Origin: Promethearchaeota archaeon
GTDB lineage: Archaea; Asgardarchaeota; Heimdallarchaeia; Hodarchaeales; Hodarchaeaceae
Assembly (NCBI GenBank): GCA_048938105.1
Contig: JBHLMN010000025.1
Span: 17,723 to 81,722, forward strand
Direction of reading: 5' to 3'
Length of the DNA stretch: 64,000 nt
Positions within the stretch are counted from its first letter, which is position 1, and every line of letters begins with the position of its first letter. The notes under the pieces were generated by a model, which did no database searches, was not told where the DNA came from, and saw only the letters and a list, made by a program, of their open reading frames with translations. The position numbers and the translations under genes are program-made. Shown here in pieces: positions 1 to 10,693 of this stretch.

Positions 1-118
1 CAGGATTAAATTTTTCGAGTTTAATGTAAATTTCCACTCGTTCATTTGAGTTCATATTTTGCAGCCGTACCATGGGGGTATTGCCAATTAAATCTTGTAA
101 ACTATCATAGATCACCAC
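1..118 (-). CDS. Cysteine synthase (CysK/CysM-like PLP enzyme), N-terminal part; runs off the window start
   Basis: Manual translation of the minus strand from GTG at 118 gives VVIYDSLQDLIGNTPMVRLQNMNSNERVEIYIKLEKFNP, the typical IGNTP...KLExxNP start. Not in the ORF track. Confidence 0.8.
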   Translation of the reverse strand, partial: MVIYDSLQDLIGNTPMVRLQNMNSNERVEIYIKLEKFNP

Positions 119-272
119 TAAATTTTCATCTCCATATACGTGTTTGTCTTATATAAAATAATTTGATAACTGGTGCAGAATGCCATCGTTTGTGATACAT
201 AATGCTCATCTTTTCATCAATGGATTTATCATTGAAAAGAGAGAACCCACCTGCTTTGTTAAAAGAATACAA

Positions 273-695
273 TTATTCATTAATGTCTCTCCTTTTGATC
301 ACCCCTTCGTCTTTTTGATGGAATATTTCCTCGGTTTTATTTCCAGAATATATGTTTGTCTTATCGAACATGTCTTTGAAATGCTTACATTGGAGCGATC
401 TACAAATTGAACAGATTTTATTCATCATTTTTTCATTAGTTTCCTGTCCTTCGTTTTTAACTAGCATATTTGATATAATTTTGATCTCATCTTCTAATTT
501 GTTGTCATATTCTTTTAAGTCAAGTATTGAACCTCGAGTCTTTGTACTATACTGACTAATTGCACTTTGGGCGACATTCAATCTTTTTGCAATATCTACT
601 TGTTTTAATTTATATGTAGTCTGGAGCTCACTTACGATCATCGCCCTGATTGCAGGAAGTATATACGATACAACTCGTTCGCATGGAGGTCTCAT
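273..695 (-). CDS. Archaeal XRE-type HTH transcriptional regulator (COG2522-like) with C-terminal CxxC
   Basis: MRPPCE..ILPAIRAMI start, HTH QVDIAKRLNVAQSAISQY, ICSICR. Confidence 0.85.
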   Translation of the reverse strand: MRPPCERVVSYILPAIRAMIVSELQTTYKLKQVDIAKRLNVAQSAISQYSTKTRGSILDLKEYDNKLEDEIKIISNMLVKNEGQETNEKMMNKICSICRSLQCKHFKDMFDKTNIYSGNKTEEIFHQKDEGVIKRRDINE

Positions 696-754
696 AATTA
701 CCCCTTATTGCCAAGTTTATGAATTAATTTCTTATTAATATTCTTCTTACAATT

Positions 755-771
755 ATATCACACCGTGATAT
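755..771. promoter_or_regulatory. Inverted repeat ATATCAC-N3-GTGATAT, probable autoregulatory operator
   Basis: Perfect 7-bp arms about 60 bp upstream of the HTH gene, next to a TATA-like AT run. Confidence 0.55.
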
Positions 772-1323
772 TTTGATTTTTTATATATAAAAACTTTACT
801 ACAATAATTATCTTGAAGTATTAAGATATACTCTTTTTACTTCAGACATAATGTCTTATATTTTTTAATTCAAGGAGTAAGTAGTACCTAATATCTATGG
901 GAGAAATGAGAGTGAACTAGCATAATAGAGGTAACTTTATTGGATAAACATATATCAGATGAATGGGATCTTGTTTTTCTTTATCTAATTTCACCCAGTC
1001 TCTTTGGTACGCAATAACTCTTTTATTGAGAGAATTCGGCTTCATTTTTGCGTCTCTTGACTATAGTGCTTTTAGAACAGGGAGACTAAACAAAGTACAT
1101 TAATTTGAGGAAGATTTATAGTGATATATTTAATAAAGATGAAATTTTCCCAAAAAAAAAGAAATCTAATCCAGAACTCATTGAAAATTAATGAATGATG
1201 AAAAAAATGTAGGATCAAGAGCTCATGAAGGAGTGCTTAAGAAGAACTTGAAATACGTATTTTTGAATTACTTCAGAAACCTTGATCAATTATTTTTCTT
1301 GTTATAACCTTAACTACTCTATA

Positions 1324-2013
1324 TCAATCTTTAATTTTCTTTATCCTATAGAGGCAACATTCATCTCCCTGCCTCAAACATTTTTCTTTTATTGCTTTCT
1401 GACCAATAAGTTCGCTGACAATGGTCTCATCAACAGCACAAACCAATGGATCTGCTTTCGCTATTTCATAGATTAGACAATTTGAATTCTTTAGAGCGAA
1501 AGATTCTTCTTCTTCAATCAATTCGGGGTATTTTCCATACTTCATATAGATCTTAGCTACTGCTTCCAGTCGATTTCTTAGAGGATCTAAATCTTTATCA
1601 GTATTCATTTCAGCCTCCATTTCACCACGTACCTCATCAGCGATCCGTTTTCCAACATCTATTAGAAGTTTATTTGTCTCTGCTATACCAATGCGTTCTT
1701 TGATTTCATTGATCAATTTTATGGTAAAATCTGCATAAGTTTTTGGGAAAACACTCAAAGCATCTTCAGTAATGGTGTAACCCATTGCAGGCCGACCGCT
1801 ACTTCCCTTTTTTTGAGATTTGGTAACAAATCCTTCCTTTTCTAAGACTATCAAATATTGTCTGGTTGCGTTTATGCTAATATCTAATTCACTTGCTATT
1901 TGTTTTATTGAACTTGTTTTTTCTAATGAGCGATTCAGCAACAAATATTGAAGAATTTTGTCCCTAGTGGATAAGTATTGACCACTATCTTCTTGAATTG
2001 CCAAAATTAACAC
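1324..2013 (-). CDS. ArsR/SufR-like (COG2345) HTH regulator with Cys-rich sensor domain
   Basis: wHTH (SIKQIASELDISINATRQYL..LEKEG, GRP); C-terminal NC...VC...KC....ECC; divergent from cytochrome cassette 1. Confidence 0.85.
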   Translation of the reverse strand: MLILAIQEDSGQYLSTRDKILQYLLLNRSLEKTSSIKQIASELDISINATRQYLIVLEKEGFVTKSQKKGSSGRPAMGYTITEDALSVFPKTYADFTIKLINEIKERIGIAETNKLLIDVGKRIADEVRGEMEAEMNTDKDLDPLRNRLEAVAKIYMKYGKYPELIEEEESFALKNSNCLIYEIAKADPLVCAVDETIVSELIGQKAIKEKCLRQGDECCLYRIKKIKD

Positions 2014-2177
2014 TTTCTATTTTTTATCGGACATTCTTATTTGTTCTTAAGGATTAGAAATTTCTTAAATTATTTAAATTATTTAATAAAATAATTGTAT
2101 TTTTTCTTTATAAGTATTCACCTAAAATTCATTGTTGAAATTTCAGTAAGATCAAATATAGTAGTGAGAACGATCAT

Positions 2178-2206
2178 AAACACTTTGATCAATGATCAAA
2201 GAGTTT
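2178..2206. promoter_or_regulatory. Inverted repeat in the divergent regulator/cytochrome promoter region
   Basis: AAACA-CTTTGATCA-A-TGATCAAAG-AGTTT. Confidence 0.45.
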
Positions 2207-2671
2207 GTACACTATTTTCCCTATTGTTAGCTCAGTTTCAATGATATAAATTTAGGTTATTTTTCTAAAGAAATAAACCATATATCAATAACGTAGTTTA
2301 AAAATTGATATTTAATGAAGATAAAGCGAAAAATCTTTTTCTTTCCTTGAAGAATGCATAAAATTCTTTCTCTTTTAACTTTTATTTTGGAGATTAAAGG
2401 AGCTCAGGTTTCTTTGCTAACTATGGTTAAATGTATTATGAACAAAATTCGCGAAACATTTTAAAATGATAGTCGCGTTTCTCCCAATTGTTTCTCTAAT
2501 TTATCAATTTCTTTAATGTAAAATATAAAAAACATTTAAATCATGTTATTGTTACATTAACAGAATGGACTGAGAAATCAATCTGTACTCAATTAAAATC
2601 AATAAAAAAACAATGATTCACCTATTACATTATGATAATGGGTGAGGATTGTACTTTACGGCGGTATATTA

Positions 2672-4063
2672 ATGAATGACCAAGAAGAAATACTAATACA
2701 AAAAACTAGATGGAATAGTCGCAGGTTTCTCCTTTTGTATTGGTTCGCTTTCGTTTTCGTAGGAACTGCAGCAGCAGCTGGTTTAGGAACTAGTGTTCTA
2801 AATCCTAAAATAAAGATTAACAAAGTCGATCACAGTTCGCTCAACTTACCAAGTGAATGGGGTCCAGAAGACTGCACAGGTTCCATGTGTCATAATGATA
2901 CAGTCGCTTCCTGGAATGAGACAGGCCATTCAAGAGCTGGGACTCTCTTGCCAAATGGCTCATGGCTTGTAGGAGACGATCATATCTACAACGATTCCTT
3001 TTTCCGCTCCTGTTATGGAGGTGATGAAGCATTAATTCAATGCCATACTACTCGATACAACGAAACAGATGGAACCTACTGGACTGGAACCAACGGTGTT
3101 AGCTGTGCGGCGTGTCATGAAGAACCAGGTATGATAGATTATGCAGCTGACAACTGCCAAATCTGTCACGAGTATTCAAATAATAATATAACTGGAGACT
3201 ATCAGATGAGTGCACATAGTAAATCATATGAAGATTTGTTAGCAGGTGGATATGCACCTAGCAGCTGTTTACACTGTATGACTGGTCAAGGGGTATATAT
3301 GGATGTGACAGGTCAAGAAGACATCTTGACTTCGATAAACTGTGGAACTTGTCATGATCCACATGATGCAACTAATGAAGCCCAACTCAGAGAAACCGAG
3401 GTTAATGAACTTTGTGGCACTTGTCACAGTAGTACAGTAGAAGTATTCGAGGATTCCCGCAATAAACACTTGAACTACGTAGATGAAGCTTGTGCTTCAT
3501 GTCATGGATATCAGCTAGACCCTAAACCCTGGAACCCCAATAATGCGAGGATTAACCATTCATGGACGATTAATTTCGAAGATGCCTGTGGACAATGTCA
3601 CACAGGTCAAGTCGACACACGAAAAGACATGTTAAATTATATCCAGGGGAACTTCGAATCTCTGAATGCCACATACTACACCCAACTCGCTAATGTCACT
3701 GCTAAAGTTGATGAAGCAAATGGGACAGCTGGAGTGGATCTGTGCACAATCGAAGATGCGTATGCTCTGATCGAAGAAGCTGAAGAACTGATTTATCCAG
3801 TTGAACATGATGGAAGTTATGGTTTCCATAATCCCACAATGATGGAAGATAATTTTGCACTGGCCCTAGCCAAACTAGATGAGGCATATGTTAAAGCCGA
3901 GACTGCTATTGGTGGTGAACAAACTAGTTCTACAAGCACTACTGGATCTACTAGTTCAATTACAACTTCAGGTGGTACACCTGGATTCGAGTTGTCCACT
4001 ATCTTGGCAGTAATCAGCCTCGTATCAACAGCAACAATCTTATTACACAGAAAGAGACGCTAA
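2672..4063 (+). CDS. Surface-anchored multiheme cytochrome c 1 (9 heme-type sites, NrfA/c552-like C-terminal core)
   Basis: Sites CX4CH, CX9CH, CAACH, CQICH, CLHCM, CGTCH, CGTCH, CASCH, CGQCH; helical domain with DGSYGFHNP; S/T linker, then PGF+TM+RKRR tail. Start MNDQEE chosen by paralog comparison (ORF track starts at 2642). Confidence 0.92.
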   Translation: MNDQEEILIQKTRWNSRRFLLLYWFAFVFVGTAAAAGLGTSVLNPKIKINKVDHSSLNLPSEWGPEDCTGSMCHNDTVASWNETGHSRAGTLLPNGSWLVGDDHIYNDSFFRSCYGGDEALIQCHTTRYNETDGTYWTGTNGVSCAACHEEPGMIDYAADNCQICHEYSNNNITGDYQMSAHSKSYEDLLAGGYAPSSCLHCMTGQGVYMDVTGQEDILTSINCGTCHDPHDATNEAQLRETEVNELCGTCHSSTVEVFEDSRNKHLNYVDEACASCHGYQLDPKPWNPNNARINHSWTINFEDACGQCHTGQVDTRKDMLNYIQGNFESLNATYYTQLANVTAKVDEANGTAGVDLCTIEDAYALIEEAEELIYPVEHDGSYGFHNPTMMEDNFALALAKLDEAYVKAETAIGGEQTSSTSTTGSTSSITTSGGTPGFELSTILAVISLVSTATILLHRKRR

Positions 4064-4097
4064 ACACTTGGTTGGATCCATCTCTAAAATAAAAAAC

Positions 4098-4157
4098 GAT
4101 AACAGCTCATTCGCTGTTATCTTTACCCTTTTTCCAGAAGTGTGGGGAATGAGGAAG
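4098..4157 (+). terminator. Hairpin plus T-tract after cytochrome 1
   Basis: GATAACAGC-tcattc-GCTGTTATC, then a T-rich run; an equivalent element follows cytochrome 2. Confidence 0.6.
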
Positions 4158-4294
4158 GTTTCGTTGTAAAACATGAGTCTATCGAGCTTGCTTGAAGTGT
4201 TTTCCAAGATTTAATTTTTGCTTTTAAAACTGGTACTTTTTCAATAATCCGCTATAAATTACGATTGTCTTGATACCCCTTCAGAAAAACTGAG

Positions 4295-6469
4295 ATGATT
4301 AAATATATGCAAAATAGTTTATCTACACTACTAAAGTGTAATCAAAGGTATCTTTTCTTGCCTTTACTAGTATTACTTATCATAATCCCTTCGATTATGA
4401 TGTTATCTCCGACTAGTAAAAGGTTGGATTTTGTAGAGTCTCAAAAAAATACTTCTAGTATTTCTCCTAAAGTGAGTAACAACGAACAAGACAACAATCC
4501 TGATGCTTATTTTCCAAATTTTCTTTATTATTCAATTTCAGTGGCAAATGCCCTGATTGATTACTTATACGACAATGATTCTGGTGGATTCTTCCGCTCA
4601 GTTAACCAGTTCTGGTCTAATAATTCCATTAATATGTTGAAATATTCTTATGATCAAGCACAAGCTATTCTTGCATTATTAAAACTTTCTGATGCTGTAA
4701 TTAATGATTCTGAACGTGATTTTGCGATTCATTTTGCTGAATTAATCGGTAATTATATGATAACACGTCTTTATGACAATGAAGTTGGAGGATTCTATAC
4801 ATCCACTAGTAGTTCATATAAAAAGCCAGGAGTGAATGGAAAAGTTATTCAGTCTCTCCTCTCCCTATACAAGACCACTGGCAACATTTCTTATAGAGAT
4901 AAAGCAATTGAAACTTTTGAGTTTATAGACAATTTTGGTTGGGATAGTGAAAGTGGTGGTTATGTTTATCTACTGTCTCATAGTGGTCTCATTGCATCAT
5001 CGAATCCCAGTTCAGCCGATCCTTATGATCCTAACTCAAAAAAAGTAGATCATAATGCTATTATGGGGGAAGCCTTACTTGAACTATATCTTTTAACTTC
5101 TGATCCTTCATACATTTCTAAAGCAACAGAACTTTACCAGTTAATCAACACCTCTTCCAGAGACTATACCACTGAATTGTTCTATATTGGATTTAACAAT
5201 GGTGGAATTGTTGAGCCGGATTATACTGACATTTTTATAAATTCCCTGATGCTAGAGTTTCTATCTCAGCTCTACAACATAACTGGGGATTTGACTTACT
5301 TTTATGATTTTCAATCTTTAATAAATGCTGTTCTTTTAAATTTTTGGGACTCTTCCAATGGAGGATTTTTTGCCACATTCCCCTATAATAGTCAAGTTGA
5401 GAAAGACGAGAAGAAATACACAGAGAGGCAATTTTATGCAATTAGAGCTCTTGATGAGGCCTACAAGTTGACAAACAATAACTTATATTATAATCTCATT
5501 CTGGATGTAATGGAATTTCTAAATAATAATCTCTATGATAATGTTCATGAGGGATACTACCTATTAGCAAACGCTGATGGAACAGAAGGAGAACAAAACT
5601 GGAAAGATAAATATTCTGTTACTCAATCCCTAGCTATCTACGAATTAGCCAATCTCTGGCTTTATAGTAAGCCTAGTGTTCTCAATGCTCTCTGGTCCCC
5701 TTTAAATCCACGACCTTCAGATGCTGTTACGATTAGGATTGCAGCGTTTGATGCGGATGGTCTTTCCACCGTATTGTTGAATTATTCTATGAATAACCAA
5801 CCCTACAAGTTAATAGAAATGACCACCAATGAACTAATAGGGAATATGTATGATTTTACCTTTGATTCTCAACCACATGGCACAACAGTGAATTTTAACA
5901 TCATTGTTAATGATACCTTAGGGAATATCGTTGTTCGAGAGTCATATTTCTTTGTTTGGGAGAATGATATTTTACCTCCTCATATTATGTTATTGGGAAT
6001 AAATCCAAGTAACGAGATTTTTGTCAGTTCTAATTTTAGTATAACTGTGAGTGTACATGATAATCCTCCCCAAGGAGATGTCACGAGTGTTCGTATGTAT
6101 TATAAAGAAACGGGTCAATCAAAGTGGGCATCCAGGGCATTATTTCGGTTAGGTGATTATTTGTGGAGGATAGAATTCCCCGATGGTTTCAAAAAACCTA
6201 ATAGATATGAATACTTCTTTGAAGCAATTGATAATCGAGGAAATTTTGGATTTAGTCCTTATTTTTACTTAGAAGTCTATGGCCATCCAAAAAACTTCCC
6301 ATTAACTGCATTTATTGGTGGCCTTTTTTTCATATTATTTATTGTTCCTGCAGGGATTATTGTTTACAAAGAATACAGTAAAAATAGTGCTCGTACAACC
6401 TTAAGAAACATTAAGAAGACACGCAATGTAAAACGGAGGAAAAAGAGAGGGACAAGACGTATAACGTAG
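4295..6469 (+). CDS. Membrane-anchored YyaL/AGE-like (alpha/alpha)6-barrel protein with Ig-like domains, copy 1
   Basis: Repeated (Y/W)DxxxGG(F/Y) units; KYSYDQAQA resembles YyaL KMLYDxAQ; N-terminal TM, two beta-rich domains, C-terminal TM and basic tail. Confidence 0.75.
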   Translation: MIKYMQNSLSTLLKCNQRYLFLPLLVLLIIIPSIMMLSPTSKRLDFVESQKNTSSISPKVSNNEQDNNPDAYFPNFLYYSISVANALIDYLYDNDSGGFFRSVNQFWSNNSINMLKYSYDQAQAILALLKLSDAVINDSERDFAIHFAELIGNYMITRLYDNEVGGFYTSTSSSYKKPGVNGKVIQSLLSLYKTTGNISYRDKAIETFEFIDNFGWDSESGGYVYLLSHSGLIASSNPSSADPYDPNSKKVDHNAIMGEALLELYLLTSDPSYISKATELYQLINTSSRDYTTELFYIGFNNGGIVEPDYTDIFINSLMLEFLSQLYNITGDLTYFYDFQSLINAVLLNFWDSSNGGFFATFPYNSQVEKDEKKYTERQFYAIRALDEAYKLTNNNLYYNLILDVMEFLNNNLYDNVHEGYYLLANADGTEGEQNWKDKYSVTQSLAIYELANLWLYSKPSVLNALWSPLNPRPSDAVTIRIAAFDADGLSTVLLNYSMNNQPYKLIEMTTNELIGNMYDFTFDSQPHGTTVNFNIIVNDTLGNIVVRESYFFVWENDILPPHIMLLGINPSNEIFVSSNFSITVSVHDNPPQGDVTSVRMYYKETGQSKWASRALFRLGDYLWRIEFPDGFKKPNRYEYFFEAIDNRGNFGFSPYFYLEVYGHPKNFPLTAFIGGLFFILFIVPAGIIVYKEYSKNSARTTLRNIKKTRNVKRRKKRGTRRIT

Positions 6470-8700
6470 TGAATGGAGAAATTACAATGATTTATATTGA
6501 TTTTGGAGCTTTTGGGATGGATTTAGGTATGTTGATATTGCTTTTTAGCCTAGTAGCCCTTTTGATTGATGTCTTTTTAGTGATTTATGGTGGATACATT
6601 GAAAAATGGGAAATTTATTCAGAAATAAGCCTTTCTGCTGGTATTCTGGCTATTATCATCTCTTTCCTATATTTTAGTTATTCAGTTATAACAGCTGATT
6701 ATCACTTCACCTATGTGAGTGATCATATTAACAATGATATGGACTTTTTCTTAAGACTATCAGCCATTTGGTCTGGACAGTCTGGATCTTATTTCTTTTG
6801 GACATTTCTAGTTGTAATGGTTTATTCAATCTTCAGGCTGATGTTCAAAGAGTACGCGCATGAGACAATCTTTTGGCGAGCGTTTGTCTTATCAGCTCTT
6901 CAAACATCTGTTTTGGTGGCCTTAACACTGCTAAGTGATCCGTTTAAAATAAATGATGGTGTTTTTTCCGATGGTATTGGATTAAATCCATTATTAATGA
7001 CGTATTGGAATCTCATACATCCTCCAATTGTTTTCATTGGTTATGCTCTATGTTTAATTCCAATGGTCATTGGAATAACAAGAATCTCTATTCTTAAAAA
7101 TGGTGAGTTGCCAGAATTTGAAGGTAAAGAAAAATTAGATAATTTCTTTGAATTTTTAGTTTCATTTGCATGGCTTATATTAAGCCTTGGAATAATAATT
7201 GGTGCTTATTGGGCTTATATGACTCTCGGTTGGGGTGGTTTCTGGGCATGGGATCCCGTAGAAACAGCTTCGTTGATACCCTGGCTTTTTATAACCCTTT
7301 ATTTCCATGGAAAACCTTTTTTTGGCAAAACTAAATACCTAGAAAATTACATTATTAGCATGAGTTACATTGGTGCTTTGTTTACTACATATTTAACAAG
7401 AAGTAATATAATTTCAAGTGTACACGCATTTCAATCCGAAGCAACTTTAGAAAATATTCTAAAGATTTTTATCCCAGAAAATAGTTTTTTTATGTCCATT
7501 ATATTGCGATTCATTCCTGATGAGAAGATGTTATTACTTTTTATTGTCATAATAAGCACTTTTCTTATCCCACATTATTTTGGAATTAGGAGTAAGGATA
7601 TAACAAGGATTCCAATCTATTTTGAAAGAAAAGATTTTCAAGGATCAAGATCTCATATAACTGCCTTAAAAATCTCCTTTATTTCAGGTCTTATAGGTTC
7701 TTATATTATCATCATAGGTTTGATAACCCCTACTATTTATGATATTGTTGGATATATAATCACTTTCAGTCCAGAGGGAGTTGGTTCAAGCATTGTTGTA
7801 GACCAATTGTATTTTAATACAGTTATAACGATTTTTGGAGGTATAATGTTACTTGCGCAGTTTTTCTGTACTTTTTATCCGAGATTGGATGTTAAGAAGA
7901 AGTTTATGTTAATGATAGGAGGATTAACAGCAGGAATCACATTTTCAATAGGAGGTTTCTTATATCGAAGTGGTTTTCTTAATCAGATTCTTGGAGACAA
8001 AAACCTAATACTTCTCTTATTCAATAACTTCTGGACAACTAGTGACAAAGCAAACTTAGTAATTCCTCTTCTATTTCTGGGAGTGGTTGGATTGCTAGTA
8101 GAGTTTTTAAAAGTGGCTTTTAAAGAAGAAAAGAATGTTATCCGAAAAACATCGCAAATACTGTTACATCTTTCTTTCTTAGTAATTCTCCTTGGTGCAT
8201 TAATGAGTGCAAATATGACTGTTTCTAGTCAAATTTTGGGTCAAGAAGGAGGTGAATATAAAATTCCAGGAACTTCTGTAACAATTATTATTATAGATTT
8301 AGATAGAAGATTTCCTGAATCAGGTTTCAATCGAGTCGAATATGATACACAATTCATGTTGTCATCAGATGCACGAATCATTGCATTTGGAATCAGTAGA
8401 CTCGCTTATGATAAGATAAACCGAATGGATCATGAGGTGACAATAATTAACGATCTCTTTTCTAACATTTACATCGTAACTAGTGGGGTTTTTGAAAACC
8501 CCATTTCTGGAATTTTTGAGGCTGCTTCCCTCCAGATTAAAGTTATACCATATATTAACATTTTGTGGGTAGGATGTCTTCTCCTCCTTTTTGCTATCCT
8601 CCCCTTGACCATAGGGAGATTTATTATCCTGAAAAAGACCTTATCTTTTAGAGAAATAGAACAGAAAGATGTTAAAACGAAAATAGTGCCAATTAAATGA
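6469..8700 (+). CDS. ccmF: Cytochrome c heme lyase CcmF, copy 1
   Basis: WSGQSGS, HPP, WGGFWAWDPVETASL (WWD motif), SVHAF; true start may be ATG 6487 (MIYI, as in the paralog). Confidence 0.93.
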   Translation: MNGEITMIYIDFGAFGMDLGMLILLFSLVALLIDVFLVIYGGYIEKWEIYSEISLSAGILAIIISFLYFSYSVITADYHFTYVSDHINNDMDFFLRLSAIWSGQSGSYFFWTFLVVMVYSIFRLMFKEYAHETIFWRAFVLSALQTSVLVALTLLSDPFKINDGVFSDGIGLNPLLMTYWNLIHPPIVFIGYALCLIPMVIGITRISILKNGELPEFEGKEKLDNFFEFLVSFAWLILSLGIIIGAYWAYMTLGWGGFWAWDPVETASLIPWLFITLYFHGKPFFGKTKYLENYIISMSYIGALFTTYLTRSNIISSVHAFQSEATLENILKIFIPENSFFMSIILRFIPDEKMLLLFIVIISTFLIPHYFGIRSKDITRIPIYFERKDFQGSRSHITALKISFISGLIGSYIIIIGLITPTIYDIVGYIITFSPEGVGSSIVVDQLYFNTVITIFGGIMLLAQFFCTFYPRLDVKKKFMLMIGGLTAGITFSIGGFLYRSGFLNQILGDKNLILLLFNNFWTTSDKANLVIPLLFLGVVGLLVEFLKVAFKEEKNVIRKTSQILLHLSFLVILLGALMSANMTVSSQILGQEGGEYKIPGTSVTIIIIDLDRRFPESGFNRVEYDTQFMLSSDARIIAFGISRLAYDKINRMDHEVTIINDLFSNIYIVTSGVFENPISGIFEAASLQIKVIPYINILWVGCLLLLFAILPLTIGRFIILKKTLSFREIEQKDVKTKIVPIK

Positions 8701-9104
8701 GAGTACATGAAATGATTAGATCTAAAAACCTTATGTTCGCTATAATTATAATGTTTGTAAGTGTAAGTGCATTATTGTTTCTATTAAGTAGTTCCAGTGT
8801 TCCAGTTTTTTCCGTAAAAGAACTTAAAAGCCATTCCCAACCCAGTTCTTTCTTAAATCATAATATTCAAGTGGTAGGTGTCGTTCAGGATATAAATAGT
8901 ACTGGTTTTTTTATAACAGATCCAGAGGATGTAACAAATTCATCCTTGATTATATACATTAATGCGACTAATGTAGAAAAGCCTGTAGGTTTTGAATCTG
9001 GAAAAACTATTCTCGTTGAAGGAAAACTCATTTCAACAACAGGTATGTGGAAGCTAAAAGCGTCAATGATTAGCACTAAGTGTCCATCTAAGTACACAGA
9101 GTGA
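8697..9104 (+). CDS. ccmE: Heme chaperone CcmE, CxxxY (System I*) type, copy 1
   Basis: N-terminal TM, OB-fold-like body, terminal KCPSKY. Confidence 0.92.
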   Translation: MRVHEMIRSKNLMFAIIIMFVSVSALLFLLSSSSVPVFSVKELKSHSQPSSFLNHNIQVVGVVQDINSTGFFITDPEDVTNSSLIIYINATNVEKPVGFESGKTILVEGKLISTTGMWKLKASMISTKCPSKYTE

Positions 9105-9153
9105 GATCTTTTCTTATCAAGAAATATAGAGTAAAGTGTTAAAGTGAGTATAA

Positions 9154-9642
9154 ATGAACATCCAATCAAAGAAAGTAAATGATGAAAGTCTTGAATGGAG
9201 TGGAGAGTTTAAGCAATTCTTAAAGGAATGGTTCTCTGGGTTAATAGCTGGAATTGAAAGATTGAATGATAGTACTTGGCCTATGATTTTAGAGTTAACG
9301 GGTCGTGCTTGTGCACGAATCCATTCTAATGCATTATTTTGGGAGATTTGGGAACTTACCCGTAACCTTGATGATTTCATTGAAAAAGTTAATGAAATAT
9401 ATAAAGAAAAAGTCTTTGAGATTATTGACAAGGATACTATCTCTGTATGTTATTCTAAATGTAATTGCCCATTAGTCGAACATGGTTTAGTAGACTCACC
9501 TCTCCTGTGTAATTGTTCCCCAAACTGGTTAGCAGAGAATTTTGAATCAATTCTTAAAAAATCAGTAATAATAACCACTAAAAATACGATTTTAAGAGGA
9601 GCAAAGAGTTGTAATTTTATTATTTCTATTGAAAGCGAATAA
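9154..9642 (+). CDS. Cys-motif V4R-like small protein (DUF6144-like)
   Basis: GRACA, KCNCP, CNCS, TILRGAKSCNF pattern. Confidence 0.65.
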   Translation: MNIQSKKVNDESLEWSGEFKQFLKEWFSGLIAGIERLNDSTWPMILELTGRACARIHSNALFWEIWELTRNLDDFIEKVNEIYKEKVFEIIDKDTISVCYSKCNCPLVEHGLVDSPLLCNCSPNWLAENFESILKKSVIITTKNTILRGAKSCNFIISIESE

Positions 9643-9965
9643 GGGTATATTAGAATACAGTTATTTTGATTATTTCAATTTGTTTTATCATTCTGAATTA
9701 TTTTTTGGTTTAAAAAAATCCTCACATAGTTTTACTATATATGGGCATCTGATTATCTATAAGGTTTTACTGATTTTTCAATCAATTCAACAACAATGAA
9801 AACAACTCTACATGATATAGTCTGTCTAGCAAACGCATTATCTCTTCTGAGAATGACAAAACTGATATACATCAAATAAACTAGATAACTCTATGTTTAA
9901 GGTTAGCTTCGTTAATTCTGATAACAATAATTCTGCTGATCTTCCTTAGTGAAGCCAAATATAAT

Positions 9966-10151
9966 TCATTTCATCTTGTTTCTTAATTCTTCCAAGTTAT
10001 TATTTGCCATAATCAGTTCTTGAAGAGCTATTTCAGAAAATTCATCATTCAATCCGTTATTAGGGTAGCATTTGAAAAAAAAGTTACAAATATTACAATT
10101 TGGGAAGAAATCACGACAAATCTTTTCTCTATCGGTCTTTCCATTTTTCAT
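9966..10151 (-). CDS. Small Cys-rich protein (Cx6CxxCx5C plus coiled tail)
   Basis: 61-aa ORF with AGGAG upstream and four clustered Cys. Confidence 0.5.
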   Translation of the reverse strand: MKNGKTDREKICRDFFPNCNICNFFFKCYPNNGLNDEFSEIALQELIMANNNLEELRNKMK

Positions 10152-10418
10152 TTTTTCACTTCTCCTTAATACTTATTTACTTAACAACAATTATGTTGTA
10201 GTTATGTTATATTTTTTATATTTATAACATTTTTTATTTTTAAAATTTTTTTTGTGTTTTAATTATTTTATTCATTCTATTAATGAATGGTATATTTCTG
10301 AAGAAATAAACTAAATAACAATAAGACAATTTAGAAATGGGTGCTTGAAAACTTAAATTGAATTTTTCCCTTCTATCCCAACGTATAGCACAATTAGCAG
10401 AAAAAAGAAAAAGAATTT

Positions 10419-10607
10419 TCTGAAGATATGATTAGCAAATCTTTGGTTATTTTTATCAATGTAAATAATGTTAACATACTTACAGGATTTGAATCTGGAA
10501 AAACTGTACTGGTAGAAGGAAAACTCATCTCAACATTTTATACATAGTTCCTTAAAGCTACAATGATTAATACCTAATGTCTGTTTAAAAATAAAAATGA
10601 ATTATGA
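10419..10607 (+). pseudogene. ccmE: Decayed third ccmE (3' half)
   Basis: Translates to SLVIFINVNNVNILTGFESGKTVLVEGKLISTFYT*FLKATMINT*CLFKNK, colinear with both intact CcmEs; two in-frame stops; CPSKY lost. Confidence 0.85.
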
Positions 10608-10693
10608 GGAACTAGTCTTGATAACTAATAAATTTCAATGAAACCTAAACTGGATTTTTTTATCATAGTAATTTGTATTGCCATCCTGAACTA

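Noticed and set aside
895-1476. Possible degraded gene and a 64-aa ORF
   Set aside because: Multiple stops and no recognisable family; the ORF largely overlaps the regulator on the opposite strand
4295-6469. LanC-like thioether cyclase / RiPP cluster
   Set aside because: No conserved Cys/Cys/His zinc ligands shared by the paralogs, and no dehydratase or precursor peptide
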